Both the position numbers and the translations under genes were made by a program. From assembly GCA_963665125.2 (NCBI GenBank), contig CAXXUK010000002.1, positions 160,001-224,000 on the forward strand: 64,000 bases of DNA, written 5' to 3'. The notes under the pieces were generated by a model. The model was not told where the DNA came from. It made no database searches and saw nothing but the letters and a program-made list of their open reading frames with translations. This DNA is from an uncultured Desulfarculus sp. Its GTDB lineage: Bacteria > Desulfobacterota > Desulfarculia > Desulfarculales > Desulfarculaceae. This document shows, piece after piece, positions 48,023-58,257 of the stretch. Position 1 is the stretch's first letter. Each line of letters starts with the position of its first letter.

Positions 48023-48505
48023 ATGGGGGCTTACCGCGTCGCACAAATTTGTCTCAATGGTCATACCATTACCGCCTCTTCAGATACCTATCCTCAATTT
48101 AAGGAGGCATACTGTTCAAAATGTGGCAAGCCAACAATAACGACTTGCCCAAACTGTAATACAAGTATCAGAGGATATTATGAAGATGAGGATGGATTTG
48201 GTTTCGGTAGTGACTATTCTCCACCCTCCTTTTGCTATAACTGTGGAAAGCCGTTCCCATGGACAGAGGAAAAATTGGCATCTGCCATTGCGTTATTAGA
48301 ACTGAGCAAAAAGTTTTCAGAAGATGAGTTACAAACAGTTCGATCAGATTTAATCGAATTAGCCACAGACTCGCCAAGGACACAAGTTGCTGCTATCCGT
48401 TTTAAAGAGGTATTAGGGCGAGTGGGTGCATCGGTCGGTGAAGGTTTGCGCAGCATCCTCGTGGACATTGCCAGCGAAACGGCAAAAAAGACCATTTGGG
48501 GCTAG
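48023..48505 (+). CDS. DUF2321-like Zn-ribbon protein in an AT-rich patch
   Basis: QICLNGH, CSKCG, CPNC, IRG, FCYNCGKPFPWT; GAGGAGG SD. Confidence 0.8.
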   Translation: MGAYRVAQICLNGHTITASSDTYPQFKEAYCSKCGKPTITTCPNCNTSIRGYYEDEDGFGFGSDYSPPSFCYNCGKPFPWTEEKLASAIALLELSKKFSEDELQTVRSDLIELATDSPRTQVAAIRFKEVLGRVGASVGEGLRSILVDIASETAKKTIWG

Positions 48506-48729
48506 TCTATATTTGGCATCTCTTTTGTGTGAGGCATGGTTCTACGCCATGCCATTTTTAACATATCCGTCTTGTTGTCTGAACGCAGTTCAGCTATTGA
48601 TAATTTAACAGCGTTCATGATACTAATAACTCTAGTTACGCTTTAATTGCCATCTTTGATCCAATCAATCAAATCGCAATCAAGGGGCGCGGTTGCGCCC
48701 TCATGGCCTCTACACCAGGGAGCGCGAAT

Positions 48730-49254
48730 ATGAACAGCCAATACCCCCCGGTGCCCTCAGGCAAAAAATGGTTCAAGGAACTGGTGGCCAAAATCACCCT
48801 TGTAGTCCTTGGCCGGGGCCTGGCGGCGGCGGCGAACAGGGACCCGGACATTCGCCGGGAAGTCTCCAAATGGCCCAACGGCTTCAGCCTGATGATGAAC
48901 ATCAAGCCGGGCGGCCCGCGCATGACCGTGGAAAAGGTCGGCGGCAGGCTCAAATACCGCGGGGCCAAGCCCGACGACGCCACTCTGATCATCAATTTCA
49001 AAAACGTCGACGCGGCGTTCATGCAGTTCACGGCCCAGATCGGCACTACCAGGGCCTTTGCCGAACACCGCTACACGGTGGCCGGCGATTTGGGCTATGC
49101 CATGAGCTTTGTCCGCTGCATGGATGTGTTGATGGGCCACCTGTTCCCCGGCCCGGTCAACAAACACTTATTAAAAAGGCTTCCGCCGATGCCCCTGAAA
49201 AAGCAGTTGATCAGGCTCTACATCTATACCATCGGCATTCCCCTGGGCCGCTAG
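48730..49254 (+). CDS. Hypothetical protein, possibly SCP2-like lipid-binding fold (alternative start 48703)
   Basis: ATLIINFKNVDAAF..RAFAEHRYTVAGDLGYAM resembles the SCP2 C-terminus; 25 bp upstream of the Adh gene. Confidence 0.6.
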   Translation: MNSQYPPVPSGKKWFKELVAKITLVVLGRGLAAAANRDPDIRREVSKWPNGFSLMMNIKPGGPRMTVEKVGGRLKYRGAKPDDATLIINFKNVDAAFMQFTAQIGTTRAFAEHRYTVAGDLGYAMSFVRCMDVLMGHLFPGPVNKHLLKRLPPMPLKKQLIRLYIYTIGIPLGR

Positions 49255-49279
49255 CCCGTTATAAACAGGAGGACAAGGC

Positions 49280-50464
49280 ATGCTTCCTTCCTATTATGAA
49301 TTCCATAATCCGGTAAAGGTCGTCTCCGGCAAAAAAGCCCTGGAGAACATCCCCTACGAACTGGAACAGCTGGGCGTCAAGCGGCCCATCGTGGTCACCG
49401 ACAAGGGCGTAGTCGAGGCGGGGCTATTGAAGATCGTCCTGGGCGCCTTCGACAGCTCGGGCCTGACCATGGGCGCGCTCTTCGACGAAACACCGCCCGA
49501 CTCGGACGTGGCCATCTGCAACAAGATCGCCGCCCTGTACCGCGAAAACGAGTGCGACTGCATCATCGCCGTCGGCGGCGGATCGCCCATCGACACGGCC
49601 AAGGGCGCGGGCATTGTCCTGGCCGAAAACGCCGAAGACCTGATGCTCTACATGGGCGCCGAGCGCCTGACCAAGCCCATCCCGCCGCTGATCGTGGTGC
49701 CCACCACCAGCGGCACCGGCTCGGAGGTGACCTACGCCGCCGTGATAGCCGACCGCAAAAAGGGCATCAAGATGGCCTTCACCAGCTATCTGATGCTGCC
49801 CAGGGTGGCCGTGCTGGACCCGAGGATGACCCTGACCCTGCCGGCCAAGATCACCGCCGCCACGGGCATGGACGCCCTGACCCACGCCTGCGAGGCCTAT
49901 TACTGCCTGCAAAAAAACCCCATCTCCGACGCCCACGCCATGGGCGCCATCAAACTGATCAGCGAAAACCTGCTCACGGCGGTCAAGGACCCCAAAAACG
50001 AGCAGGCCCGCATGGCCATGGCCAACGCCGCGCTACTGGCCGGGGCGGCCTTTTCCAACTCCATGTGCGGCATGGTCCACAGCCTGGGCCACGCGGCGGG
50101 CGGTGTGTGCCACGTGCCCCACGGCCTGGCCATGAGCATCTTCTTGCCCTTTGGCATGGAATACAACATCGACAAGACTGGCGACGTCATCGGCGAGTTG
50201 CTGCTGCCCCTGGGCGGGGCCGACGAATACGCCAAGACCCCGGCGGCCCAGCGTCCCTACCGCGCCGTTGAGCTGATTCGCAAGCTCAGGCAAGACCTCT
50301 ACGACGCCTGCGGGCTGCCCCAGACCCTCAAGGACGCCGGCGTGCCCAGGGAAAAGCTGGACGAAATCGCCCAGGCGGCCATAAACGACGGCGCCCACGC
50401 CTTCAACCCCGAGGAAATGGACCTTGGCGACGCCACCCGCATGTTGCAGGCGGCCTACGAATAA
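49280..50464 (+). CDS. Iron-containing alcohol dehydrogenase
   Basis: GGGSPIDTAK, PTTSGTGSEVT, GMDALTHACE, HSLGH, PHG. Confidence 0.96.
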   Translation: MLPSYYEFHNPVKVVSGKKALENIPYELEQLGVKRPIVVTDKGVVEAGLLKIVLGAFDSSGLTMGALFDETPPDSDVAICNKIAALYRENECDCIIAVGGGSPIDTAKGAGIVLAENAEDLMLYMGAERLTKPIPPLIVVPTTSGTGSEVTYAAVIADRKKGIKMAFTSYLMLPRVAVLDPRMTLTLPAKITAATGMDALTHACEAYYCLQKNPISDAHAMGAIKLISENLLTAVKDPKNEQARMAMANAALLAGAAFSNSMCGMVHSLGHAAGGVCHVPHGLAMSIFLPFGMEYNIDKTGDVIGELLLPLGGADEYAKTPAAQRPYRAVELIRKLRQDLYDACGLPQTLKDAGVPREKLDEIAQAAINDGAHAFNPEEMDLGDATRMLQAAYE

Positions 50465-50484
50465 CCCCAGGGATGTGAGTCGAA

Positions 50485-52341
50485 ATGGCTGAGATAATCG
50501 GAACCAACAACAAGGTCCTGATCGTTGACCTGACCACCCAAACCACCGAGTTGTACAAGGTGGCCGAACAGGAGCGCCTGTGCTACCTGGGAGCCAAAGG
50601 CTTGGGCCTTAAACTACTGTACGACCGCCAGGAGCCCGGGGCCGACCCCCTGGGGCCCGACAACCACATAGCCTTCATGCCCGGCGTGTTGATGGGCACA
50701 GGAGCGCCGTGTTCGGGGCGTTTCTTCGCGGTGACCAAATCGCCGCTCACCGGCATCTTCGCCGGTTCAAGCTGCGGCGGCCCGTTCGGCATGCAGCTCA
50801 AGACGGCAGGCTGGGACGGCCTGGTGATCAAGGGCAAGGCCGACAAGCCGACGTATCTTTTCCTCGATGAAGAAGGGGTGCAGTTCCGCGACGCCGCCGA
50901 TCTATGGGGCATGGAGACCACCGCGGCCATCGAAAAGCTCGACGCCAAGCGCCAGGCCTCGGTGGTCATCGGCCCGGCCGGGGAAAACCTGGTCCGTTTC
51001 GCCAATATCCGCAGCGGCCACCGTTTTTTGGGCCGGGGCGGCATGGGCGCGGTCATGGGCGCCAAGAACCTCAAGGCCATCGTGGCCAAGGGCGGCGCGT
51101 ACAAGATCCGGCCCGTGGACTCCGACAGCTTCGAGCGCCACAAAAAACGGGCCACCAAGTACATCAATTCCAACGATATGACCGGCGACGTGTACCGCAA
51201 GTACGGCACGGCGGCCAACGCCCGGATGAACCAGGAAGGCGGCATCCTGCCGGTGAACAACTTCCGCGACGGCAAGCACCCGGACTTTGATCTGATCTCC
51301 GGCCAGACCATGGCCGCCAAATACGACACCTCGCCCCACACCTGCAAGCCCTGCACCATCATGTGCGGCCACAAGGGCACCATCCGCGGCGAGACCAGGC
51401 CCATCCCCGAGTTCGAGACCGTGGGCCTGCTGGGCTCCAACCTGGGCATATTCGACACCGACGCCATCAGCGACTGGAACGAGATCTGCGGCCGCCTGGG
51501 CCTGGACACTATCAGCTCCGGCGGCACCCTGGCCTGGGTCATGGAGGCCACGGAAAACGGGCTCATCGACACGGACCTGAAATTCGGCTCCACCGATGGC
51601 ATAAGCCAGGCCCTGGAAGACATCGCCTACCGCCGGGGATTCGGCGACGACATGGCCAACGGGTCCCGCTGGCTCTCAAGCAAATACGGCGGCACCTACT
51701 ACGCCATGCACGTCAAGGGCTTGGAGATGGCGGCCTACGACCCGCGCGGCTCCTTCGGCCAGGGGCTCAACTACGCCGTGGCCAACCGCGGGGCCTGCCA
51801 TTTGTCGGCCTACCTGTCGGCCCAGGAGGTCTTCTTCAAGATGCTCAGCCCCCAGTGGACCATGGCCAAGGCCAAATGGGTGCGCTTCTTCGAGAGCCTC
51901 ACGGCCTGCATCAACTCTTTGCAGACCTGCCAGTTCACCATGTACGCCTATCTGTTCGAGTCGCCGGTGGTAAAGATAAACCCGACGTTTGTGTTGTGGG
52001 CAAACATGCAGCTTGCCCCCGAGGCGGCCATGCCCCTGGTGGACATGAGCCTGTACCGGGGCTTTTGGTCATCCATCACCGGCCAGGACATCTCCCTGTG
52101 GAACTTCTTCAAGGCTGGAGACCGCATTCACACCCTGGAGCGCTACATGAACACCAGGGAGGGCGTCAGCCGCACCCAAGACACCCTGCCGCCGCGCATG
52201 CTGCGAGAAGGCCGCCCCTGCGACCCCAAGGGCAGGCCCGTGCCGCTGAACAAGATGCTCGACAGCTATTACAAACTGCGGGGCTACAACCGCAACGGCA
52301 TCCCCAAGCCGGAGACGCTGATCAAGCTGGGCATCGTCTAA
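50485..52341 (+). CDS. Aldehyde:ferredoxin oxidoreductase family (W/Mo-pterin)
   Basis: KSPLTG, GRGGMGAVMGAKNLKA, CKPCTIMC, PEFET, GLDTIS, VKGLEMAAYDPR, RGACH. Confidence 0.95.
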   Translation: MAEIIGTNNKVLIVDLTTQTTELYKVAEQERLCYLGAKGLGLKLLYDRQEPGADPLGPDNHIAFMPGVLMGTGAPCSGRFFAVTKSPLTGIFAGSSCGGPFGMQLKTAGWDGLVIKGKADKPTYLFLDEEGVQFRDAADLWGMETTAAIEKLDAKRQASVVIGPAGENLVRFANIRSGHRFLGRGGMGAVMGAKNLKAIVAKGGAYKIRPVDSDSFERHKKRATKYINSNDMTGDVYRKYGTAANARMNQEGGILPVNNFRDGKHPDFDLISGQTMAAKYDTSPHTCKPCTIMCGHKGTIRGETRPIPEFETVGLLGSNLGIFDTDAISDWNEICGRLGLDTISSGGTLAWVMEATENGLIDTDLKFGSTDGISQALEDIAYRRGFGDDMANGSRWLSSKYGGTYYAMHVKGLEMAAYDPRGSFGQGLNYAVANRGACHLSAYLSAQEVFFKMLSPQWTMAKAKWVRFFESLTACINSLQTCQFTMYAYLFESPVVKINPTFVLWANMQLAPEAAMPLVDMSLYRGFWSSITGQDISLWNFFKAGDRIHTLERYMNTREGVSRTQDTLPPRMLREGRPCDPKGRPVPLNKMLDSYYKLRGYNRNGIPKPETLIKLGIV

Positions 52342-52354
52342 ACCTTTTGCATTC

Positions 52355-52391
52355 AGGCCAAACGCCCCAGCCCATCCGGGGCGTTTGGCCT
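52355..52391. terminator. Hairpin after the AOR gene (terminator-like)
   Basis: 14-bp stem AGGCCAAACGCCCC/GGGGCGTTTGGCCT; no clear U-tract on the plus strand. Confidence 0.5.
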
Positions 52392-52528
52392 AAAATATCC
52401 ACATCCCGCCGCCAAGAAAACCCCGCTTTACGGGTGGGGCACAGGCCCTTCCCATCCCGTGGATAACCGGCTAATTTAAAAATGAATTAACGTATCGCAA
52501 CTCTTTTGTCACCCACTAGTAAAAATGT

Positions 52529-52588
52529 TTGACATCGTCCTGCGCTTGGTCTATTTCAATTATGACATATGCTCGGTCAAGCATATGT
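52529..52588 (+). promoter_or_regulatory. Putative promoter and operator of the TonB/ABC operon
   Basis: TTGACA (52529-52534), 17-bp spacer, TATTTC; ACATATGCT-N6-AGCATATGT at 52565-52588. Confidence 0.6.
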
Positions 52589-52665
52589 AAAAGGGCTTGC
52601 GTATTTCCCACCCGCCCGGGGCCCGCAAGGTGAGAGATTAGGGACTAAAGAAGCTGGAGTTAAAC

Positions 52666-54717
52666 ATGAAAGTCAAGAGGCTAGCACAGGCGCTGTGCCT
52701 TGCGGCGGTGTTATGCATGCCGCTTTCGGCCAATGCCGCCAAAGACGTTTACGATCTCGGCGTCCTTAACGTAACCGCCGGCAAAAACGTCACAGAGGAA
52801 ACATCCGTAACCAACATCATTACAGAAGAACAGATCAAGGCCACCAACTCCCAGACGGTTGCCCAGGCCTTGAGTTACGCTCCGGGCGTGGTTGTCACCA
52901 CGGGCAAGAAAAACCAGCCCGACGTCATGATCCACGGTTTTGATCAAAGCCACATCCTGGTCCTCATCGACGGCGTGCCGTTCTATGAGACCTATTACGG
53001 CTCGCTGAACCTGGACCAGATCCCCACCGACATCGTTTCGGAAATCGTAATCACCAAGGGCGCCCCCTCGGTGCTCTACGGCGCCGGAGCCCAGGTGGCG
53101 GTTATCAACGTCGTCACCAAGCAGGGCACCGAAAAACTGGCCCTGTCGTTCAACGCCGAGGCGGGCAGCGGCGACCTGTACAAGGCCAGCCTCAGCGCCG
53201 GCCAGCAGGTCGACAAATTCAACTACTGGTTGAATTACGTCCACCGCGAGCAGAGGACCTGGAATCTTTCCAATGACTACAGAGTCCGCGAGGGCGTGAT
53301 CCAGGTCGGCAAAAGCAAAACCAACACGGTGATCCAGCCCGACGGCACCCGCGTCAACGCATCGACCACCGTCGACTCCTTGTGGGCCCGCCTGGGCTAT
53401 CAGCCCTCGGACGCCACGGACGTGTTCGTCAACCTGCACGTGATCCAGTCCGATCGCGGCATGCCCCCCAGCACTGATTACCTGCGCGTCTTCACCGGCC
53501 GCGACGGCTTTTCCGATATGGCCCGCTACGGCAAGTACAACGAGCTCGGCGGCGACTTCAGCGGCAGGCACAGCTTCAACGACTGGGTCTCACTCAAAGG
53601 CAAGCTGTTCTATCACCAGCACAAAGACGAATACGAATCCTATGAGGACCTGACCTACAGCAACCCCTTTGCCACCAGCACCTATGAGGATTACACCCTG
53701 GGCGGCGCCCTGTGGCTGGAGATGGACCCCTGCGAGCAGTTTGCGTCCCGTTTCTCGCTGCACTACAAGGGCGACTCCCACAAGAGCAAGGACGCTGACT
53801 ACCTGCCCATGGCCGAGGCCTTCTCCTACACCGGCAGCGGCGCCGGCGAGCTCGAGTGGAAGCCCCTGGCCGGCGTCTCGGTGGTGGGCGGCGTTTCCTA
53901 CGACTGGTTCAACGTGGACAAGGCCCAGGAAAACAATACCGACTCAAACGGCGACCTGATCAATCAGGAAGACCTGGACACCCCGGGCGTGATGAGCGAA
54001 TGGAACCCCATGATCGGCGTAACCTGGCAGGCCCTGGAACAAACCCGTATCTTCGGCTCCATCGCCCGCAAGACCCGCTTCCCGCAACTGAACCAGTTGT
54101 ACTCCAGCAAGTCCGGCAACCGGGAACTGGAGGCTGAAAAGTCCATCAACTACACCGCCGGCGTGGTCCAAAGCTTCGGCCCGATCCTTGACATCGAACT
54201 CAGCGGCTTCTACTACGACATCACCGACTGGATCAGCAAGGACGGACCCTACATTGACAGCATGTACCGCAACTACGGCAAGATCCATATCTACGGCGCG
54301 GAGATCGGCTTTACCAGCAATCCCACCGAACGACTGAAGCTGAGCCTGTACTACACCTACACCAAGTCCGAGGACAAGAGCGACGGCGCTGTCACCGACC
54401 ATGTTCGCATGGTGCCCGAGCACAAAGTCGACGCCTCTGTGGGCTACATGATTCCGGTCATCGAAACCAACATTCAGCTGACGGCCCTGTTCATGGGCGA
54501 GATGTACGATCAGCTGCCCACGCCGACGTATCCCGACGACGAGGAAATCAAAAACAGCGGCTACTTCCTGCTGAATGCCCGCATCAGCAAGAAGTTCTGC
54601 GAATATTTCGAGGCCTATGTGGCCGCCAACAACATATTCGACAACGACTATGAATCAGAAGTAGAATATCCCGGTCCGGGCTTCAACTTCTGGTTTGGCG
54701 CCACGGCAAGCTATTAA
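52666..54717 (+). CDS. TonB-dependent receptor
   Basis: Signal peptide; plug motifs ALSYAPGV, LVLIDGVP, KGAPSVLYG; NNIFD; terminal Y. Confidence 0.95.
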   Translation: MKVKRLAQALCLAAVLCMPLSANAAKDVYDLGVLNVTAGKNVTEETSVTNIITEEQIKATNSQTVAQALSYAPGVVVTTGKKNQPDVMIHGFDQSHILVLIDGVPFYETYYGSLNLDQIPTDIVSEIVITKGAPSVLYGAGAQVAVINVVTKQGTEKLALSFNAEAGSGDLYKASLSAGQQVDKFNYWLNYVHREQRTWNLSNDYRVREGVIQVGKSKTNTVIQPDGTRVNASTTVDSLWARLGYQPSDATDVFVNLHVIQSDRGMPPSTDYLRVFTGRDGFSDMARYGKYNELGGDFSGRHSFNDWVSLKGKLFYHQHKDEYESYEDLTYSNPFATSTYEDYTLGGALWLEMDPCEQFASRFSLHYKGDSHKSKDADYLPMAEAFSYTGSGAGELEWKPLAGVSVVGGVSYDWFNVDKAQENNTDSNGDLINQEDLDTPGVMSEWNPMIGVTWQALEQTRIFGSIARKTRFPQLNQLYSSKSGNRELEAEKSINYTAGVVQSFGPILDIELSGFYYDITDWISKDGPYIDSMYRNYGKIHIYGAEIGFTSNPTERLKLSLYYTYTKSEDKSDGAVTDHVRMVPEHKVDASVGYMIPVIETNIQLTALFMGEMYDQLPTPTYPDDEEIKNSGYFLLNARISKKFCEYFEAYVAANNIFDNDYESEVEYPGPGFNFWFGATASY

Positions 54718-54901
54718 AATCCAGTTGGGAAAGGCCGTCATGGCCTTTCCCAACCGTAGTCCGGCAAAAGCGTGGTTTTTTCGGGCTGCTCAAACTTGTT
54801 GGTCATACAAGCCAAGAAGTCCGGTGGGCCTGCCCCATTGCAGGTTCCGCGATAATCTCAGGGGCCGCGCAAGCGGCCCCTTGCACTTCACGGGTGAGCC
54901 T

Positions 54902-55930
54902 ATGTCCCGCTTGCGGCTTTGCATTATTTTCATTGCCTTTTTGACGTTTGTATTGATTTCTTCGAGCCTTTACGCCGCCGAAGTCACCGACATGGCCGGG
55001 CGCACGTTCCAGACCAAGCGGGACGCCAAACGCATAGTCACCACATTCAAACCGGCGACATTGTGCGTAATCAGCCTGGGCCTGGCCGACCGTCTGGTGG
55101 GCGTCGATAGGGCCTCGCGCACGGACTCGCTCCAGGTCGCCGTATACCCGCAGATCGCCAAGGTGCCCACGGTGGGCGACCGGGGAGCCGGTCTGAATTT
55201 CGAAACAATTGTCGCGCTCAGGCCCGATCTGGTTATCCTGTTTTCGCAGTTGGACGGCGCCGCCGTTGCCCAGCGCCTGGAGCGGCTTGGCATCGCCTGC
55301 GTGATCATCAAACCTGAGAGTTTCGACGATATCCGGCGTTCCTTGGAGGTCATCGCCCAAGCCGCCGGCCACCCGGAGGCGGCCCAGCGCGCCGTGGGCG
55401 TCATGAACAAGACCGTGGAGACGGTCAAGGCCAAGGTGGGCAGTCCGGCCAAACGGCCTGCTGTCTACTACGCCTCGCCCCTGGGCACCTTCCAGACGGT
55501 CAGCGGCGACATGCTCCAGTCCAAGATGATAGAGCTGGCGGGCGGACGCAATGTCAGCGCCGGTTTGACTGGGCACTTCCGCCCCATATCGCCGGAGCAG
55601 CTTGTGGCCTGGCTGCCTGACTTCATCATGATCAGCCGGTATTGCCCGGACTATGTGCCAAAGATGCTCTCCGGCCCGCAATACGCCCACGTGCCCGCAA
55701 TCAACAATGACAATATTTTTGATTTCCCGTCCAACCTCGCCCCCTGGGACTACCCGTCGCCATTGGCGGCCCTTGGCGTGGCCTGGTTGGCCTGGCGGCT
55801 GCACCCCGCGGCCATGTCCGGCGTTGACATGATCGAACTCACTGAAGAATTTCATCACGAACTCTTCGGCAAGACTTTCAGCCAACTGGGCGGTGATCTG
55901 GGCCCGCTACGCAAGGACCCGCGCCGGTGA
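54902..55930 (+). CDS. ABC transporter periplasmic binding protein (FecB/BtuF-like)
   Basis: TDMAGR, NFETIVALRPDLVI, IELAGG, ISPEQLVAWLPD, WDYPSP. Confidence 0.9.
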   Translation: MSRLRLCIIFIAFLTFVLISSSLYAAEVTDMAGRTFQTKRDAKRIVTTFKPATLCVISLGLADRLVGVDRASRTDSLQVAVYPQIAKVPTVGDRGAGLNFETIVALRPDLVILFSQLDGAAVAQRLERLGIACVIIKPESFDDIRRSLEVIAQAAGHPEAAQRAVGVMNKTVETVKAKVGSPAKRPAVYYASPLGTFQTVSGDMLQSKMIELAGGRNVSAGLTGHFRPISPEQLVAWLPDFIMISRYCPDYVPKMLSGPQYAHVPAINNDNIFDFPSNLAPWDYPSPLAALGVAWLAWRLHPAAMSGVDMIELTEEFHHELFGKTFSQLGGDLGPLRKDPRR

Positions 55931-56943
55931 AAAACATCTTTGTCAATACCTTCAACGGATGGCTGCTGCTGGTATTGGCGTTTGTGCTGTCTCTTTTCGC
56001 CGGGCGCCTGCCCATTAACGGCGGCGAAATGTGGACCATAGCAACTACTTGGCTGGGCGGCGGCCCCATGCCCGAGTTCCTGGAGGCCAAAGCAATGGTC
56101 CTGCTGATGGTGCGGCTGCCGCGCTGCCTGATGGCCCTTTTGGCCGGGGCCGGGCTGTCCATCGCCGGGGCATCTTATCAGGCCATGTTCCGCAATCCCC
56201 TGGTTTCGCCGGATATCCTGGGCGTCAGCGCCGGATGCACCGTTGGCGCGGCCGTGGGCCTTGTGTTGCCCGGCAGCAACATGGCCCTGGTGCAGGTCTT
56301 CGCCTTTACGGGCGGCCTGATTGCCGTGGGCATGGCCATGGGCATCGCCAGACTGGTGGCCGTGCGGCCCATGCTGGTGCTGGTGTTGGCCGGCCTGGTG
56401 GTGACGGCCATATTCAACGCCGTGTTGATGATGGTCAAATATGTATCCGATCCGTTCAACCAGCTTCCGGCCATCGTCTTTTGGACCATGGGCTCCCTGA
56501 GCCGGGTCACCTGGGACGATCTACAAACAGCAGCGCCGATCATATTCGCGGGGCTTTTCGTGGTTCACTCCCTGCGCTTCAGGCTCAACGTGCTGTCGTT
56601 GGGCGACAACCAGGCCAAGAGCCTGGGCCAGAATCCGGGCCTTTTGCGGCTGCTGTTCATTGCCATCAGTTCGCTGATCGTCGGCCTCATCGTCAGCACC
56701 TGCGGCCAGATCGCCTGGATCGGCCTGGTCATCCCCCACATCGCCCGGACTCTGGCCGGACCCAACCACGAACGGATGATTCCGGTGTCCATCGTCTTTG
56801 GCGCGTTGTTCCTCTTGTTGGCCGACGACCTGGCCCGCTCCCTGACTTCGGCGGAACTGCCGCTGTCGGTGATCACGGCCATGGCCGGCGCGCCGCTGTT
56901 CGCCTATCTGCTGTACCGCAACCGGGGCTCGGGCTGGCTATGA
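55927..56943 (+). CDS. FecCD/BtuC family ABC permease
   Basis: RLPR, FRNPLVSPDILGVSAG, WIGLVIPHIAR, GAPLF. Confidence 0.95.
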   Translation: MKNIFVNTFNGWLLLVLAFVLSLFAGRLPINGGEMWTIATTWLGGGPMPEFLEAKAMVLLMVRLPRCLMALLAGAGLSIAGASYQAMFRNPLVSPDILGVSAGCTVGAAVGLVLPGSNMALVQVFAFTGGLIAVGMAMGIARLVAVRPMLVLVLAGLVVTAIFNAVLMMVKYVSDPFNQLPAIVFWTMGSLSRVTWDDLQTAAPIIFAGLFVVHSLRFRLNVLSLGDNQAKSLGQNPGLLRLLFIAISSLIVGLIVSTCGQIAWIGLVIPHIARTLAGPNHERMIPVSIVFGALFLLLADDLARSLTSAELPLSVITAMAGAPLFAYLLYRNRGSGWL

Positions 56944-57722
56944 GTTTGACTGTGGAACATATCAGCTTCGCCTATGAAGGCCACAAGGTCCTGGAAGATG
57001 TTTCCTTTCAGGTCTCGCCGGGCACCTTTTGCGCCCTGCTGGGCCGCAACGGCTCGGGCAAATCCACCCTTCTGCACCTCATGGCCGGTCTGCTACGGCC
57101 CGCCATGGGCCATATCAAACTTGCGGGCCGGGACCTGCGCGGCTCGTCCCGCAGCAGCATTGCCCAACGCATGGCCCTGGTGCTCCAGGAGCACGCCAGG
57201 ATATTTCCCTTCACGGTCCTGGATGTGGTGGTCATGGGCCGCACACCGTTCATGCGCCTGAACCAGCGGCCCGGCCCGGCCGACTATGAGCTGGCCCTGC
57301 GGGCCCTGGAGGAATTGGACGCCGGGCACCTGGCCAAGCGCAATTTCAACCGCATTTCCGGCGGCGAACGTCAAATCGCCCTGCTGGCCCGTGGTCTGTT
57401 GCAAAGCCGGGAGAACCTGCTGCTGGACGAGCCCACCAACCATCTGGACTTCAATAACCAGCACATCCTGTTGGGCAGGATCAAGGCCCTGTGCGAAAAG
57501 CGTGGCACCAGGGTCGTGGCGGCAATGCACGACCCGAACCTGGCCCTGGCCTGGGCCGATCAGGTGGTCATGCTTTCGGGGGGCAAAGTCCTGGCCCACG
57601 GCCCGGCAGCCGAGACCATGACCGCCGAGATGGTTGGCCGTTTATACGAGGCCGACGTACGCAAGATCGAATTCAACGGCGGTGGCTTTTTCATGCCTCG
57701 GCCGCCGGGAGACCGCTCATGA
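56940..57722 (+). CDS. ABC transporter ATP-binding protein (FecE/BtuD-like)
   Basis: GRNGSGKST, SGGERQ, LLDEPTNHLD, HDPN; true start ATG 56940, not 56031. Confidence 0.95.
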   Translation: MSLTVEHISFAYEGHKVLEDVSFQVSPGTFCALLGRNGSGKSTLLHLMAGLLRPAMGHIKLAGRDLRGSSRSSIAQRMALVLQEHARIFPFTVLDVVVMGRTPFMRLNQRPGPADYELALRALEELDAGHLAKRNFNRISGGERQIALLARGLLQSRENLLLDEPTNHLDFNNQHILLGRIKALCEKRGTRVVAAMHDPNLALAWADQVVMLSGGKVLAHGPAAETMTAEMVGRLYEADVRKIEFNGGGFFMPRPPGDRS

Positions 57723-58255
57723 GCCGCGCAGTCGTCATCATCACCGGGCCCATCATGAGCGGCAAATCGACCCTGGCCGCCCGGGTGGTGGATGAGCTGC
57801 GCCGCCGGGGCCTGGCCTTGGGCGGCATGGTGGCCCGCAGCCTTTGGAACGGCGACGACCGCTACGGCTTTGACATGGTGGATTTGGCCAATGGCTCGGT
57901 GACGCCCCTGGCCCGCAAACAGCCCGCCGGGGCCGCCCGATACCCGGTACCGTTTGATTTCTTTGAAGACGGCCTCCTTGCCGGACGCCTTGCCCTGGAC
58001 CCCGAGCGCTGCGCCGCCTGCGACGTGGTGTTTTTGGACGAAGTGGGCAAGCTGGAGGTGGCCGACCAGGGCTGGGCCCCGCTGATGCCGCCGCTGTTGG
58101 CCCTGGACAGGCCGGTGGTCGTGTTGATCATCCGGGATTTCCTGGTGGAAACGGCCCTGGCCAAATGGAGTTTGCATGAGGCGCATGTTGTAAACGCCTC
58201 TGATGAACACGCATACGAAAAGCTACTTAACCTCTTGATCTTGAGCGGGAAATAG
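57719..58255 (+). CDS. Small P-loop NTPase (THEP1/DUF2478-like)
   Basis: ITGPIMSGKST, RYGFD, FLDEVGKLE; ATGA overlap with the ATPase stop. Confidence 0.8.
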   Translation: MSRAVVIITGPIMSGKSTLAARVVDELRRRGLALGGMVARSLWNGDDRYGFDMVDLANGSVTPLARKQPAGAARYPVPFDFFEDGLLAGRLALDPERCAACDVVFLDEVGKLEVADQGWAPLMPPLLALDRPVVVLIIRDFLVETALAKWSLHEAHVVNASDEHAYEKLLNLLILSGK

Positions 58256-58257
58256 CG

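Noticed and set aside
52342..52665. Cobalamin or Moco riboswitch upstream of the TonB receptor
   Set aside because: No B12-box or other recognisable conserved elements by eye; an Rfam scan would be decisive.
56031..57722. 563-aa ORF suggesting a large ABC fusion (also long starts 54695, 57491, 58809)
   Set aside because: The upstream extensions overlap neighbouring genes in other frames; real starts are at 56940, 54902, 57719 and 59007.
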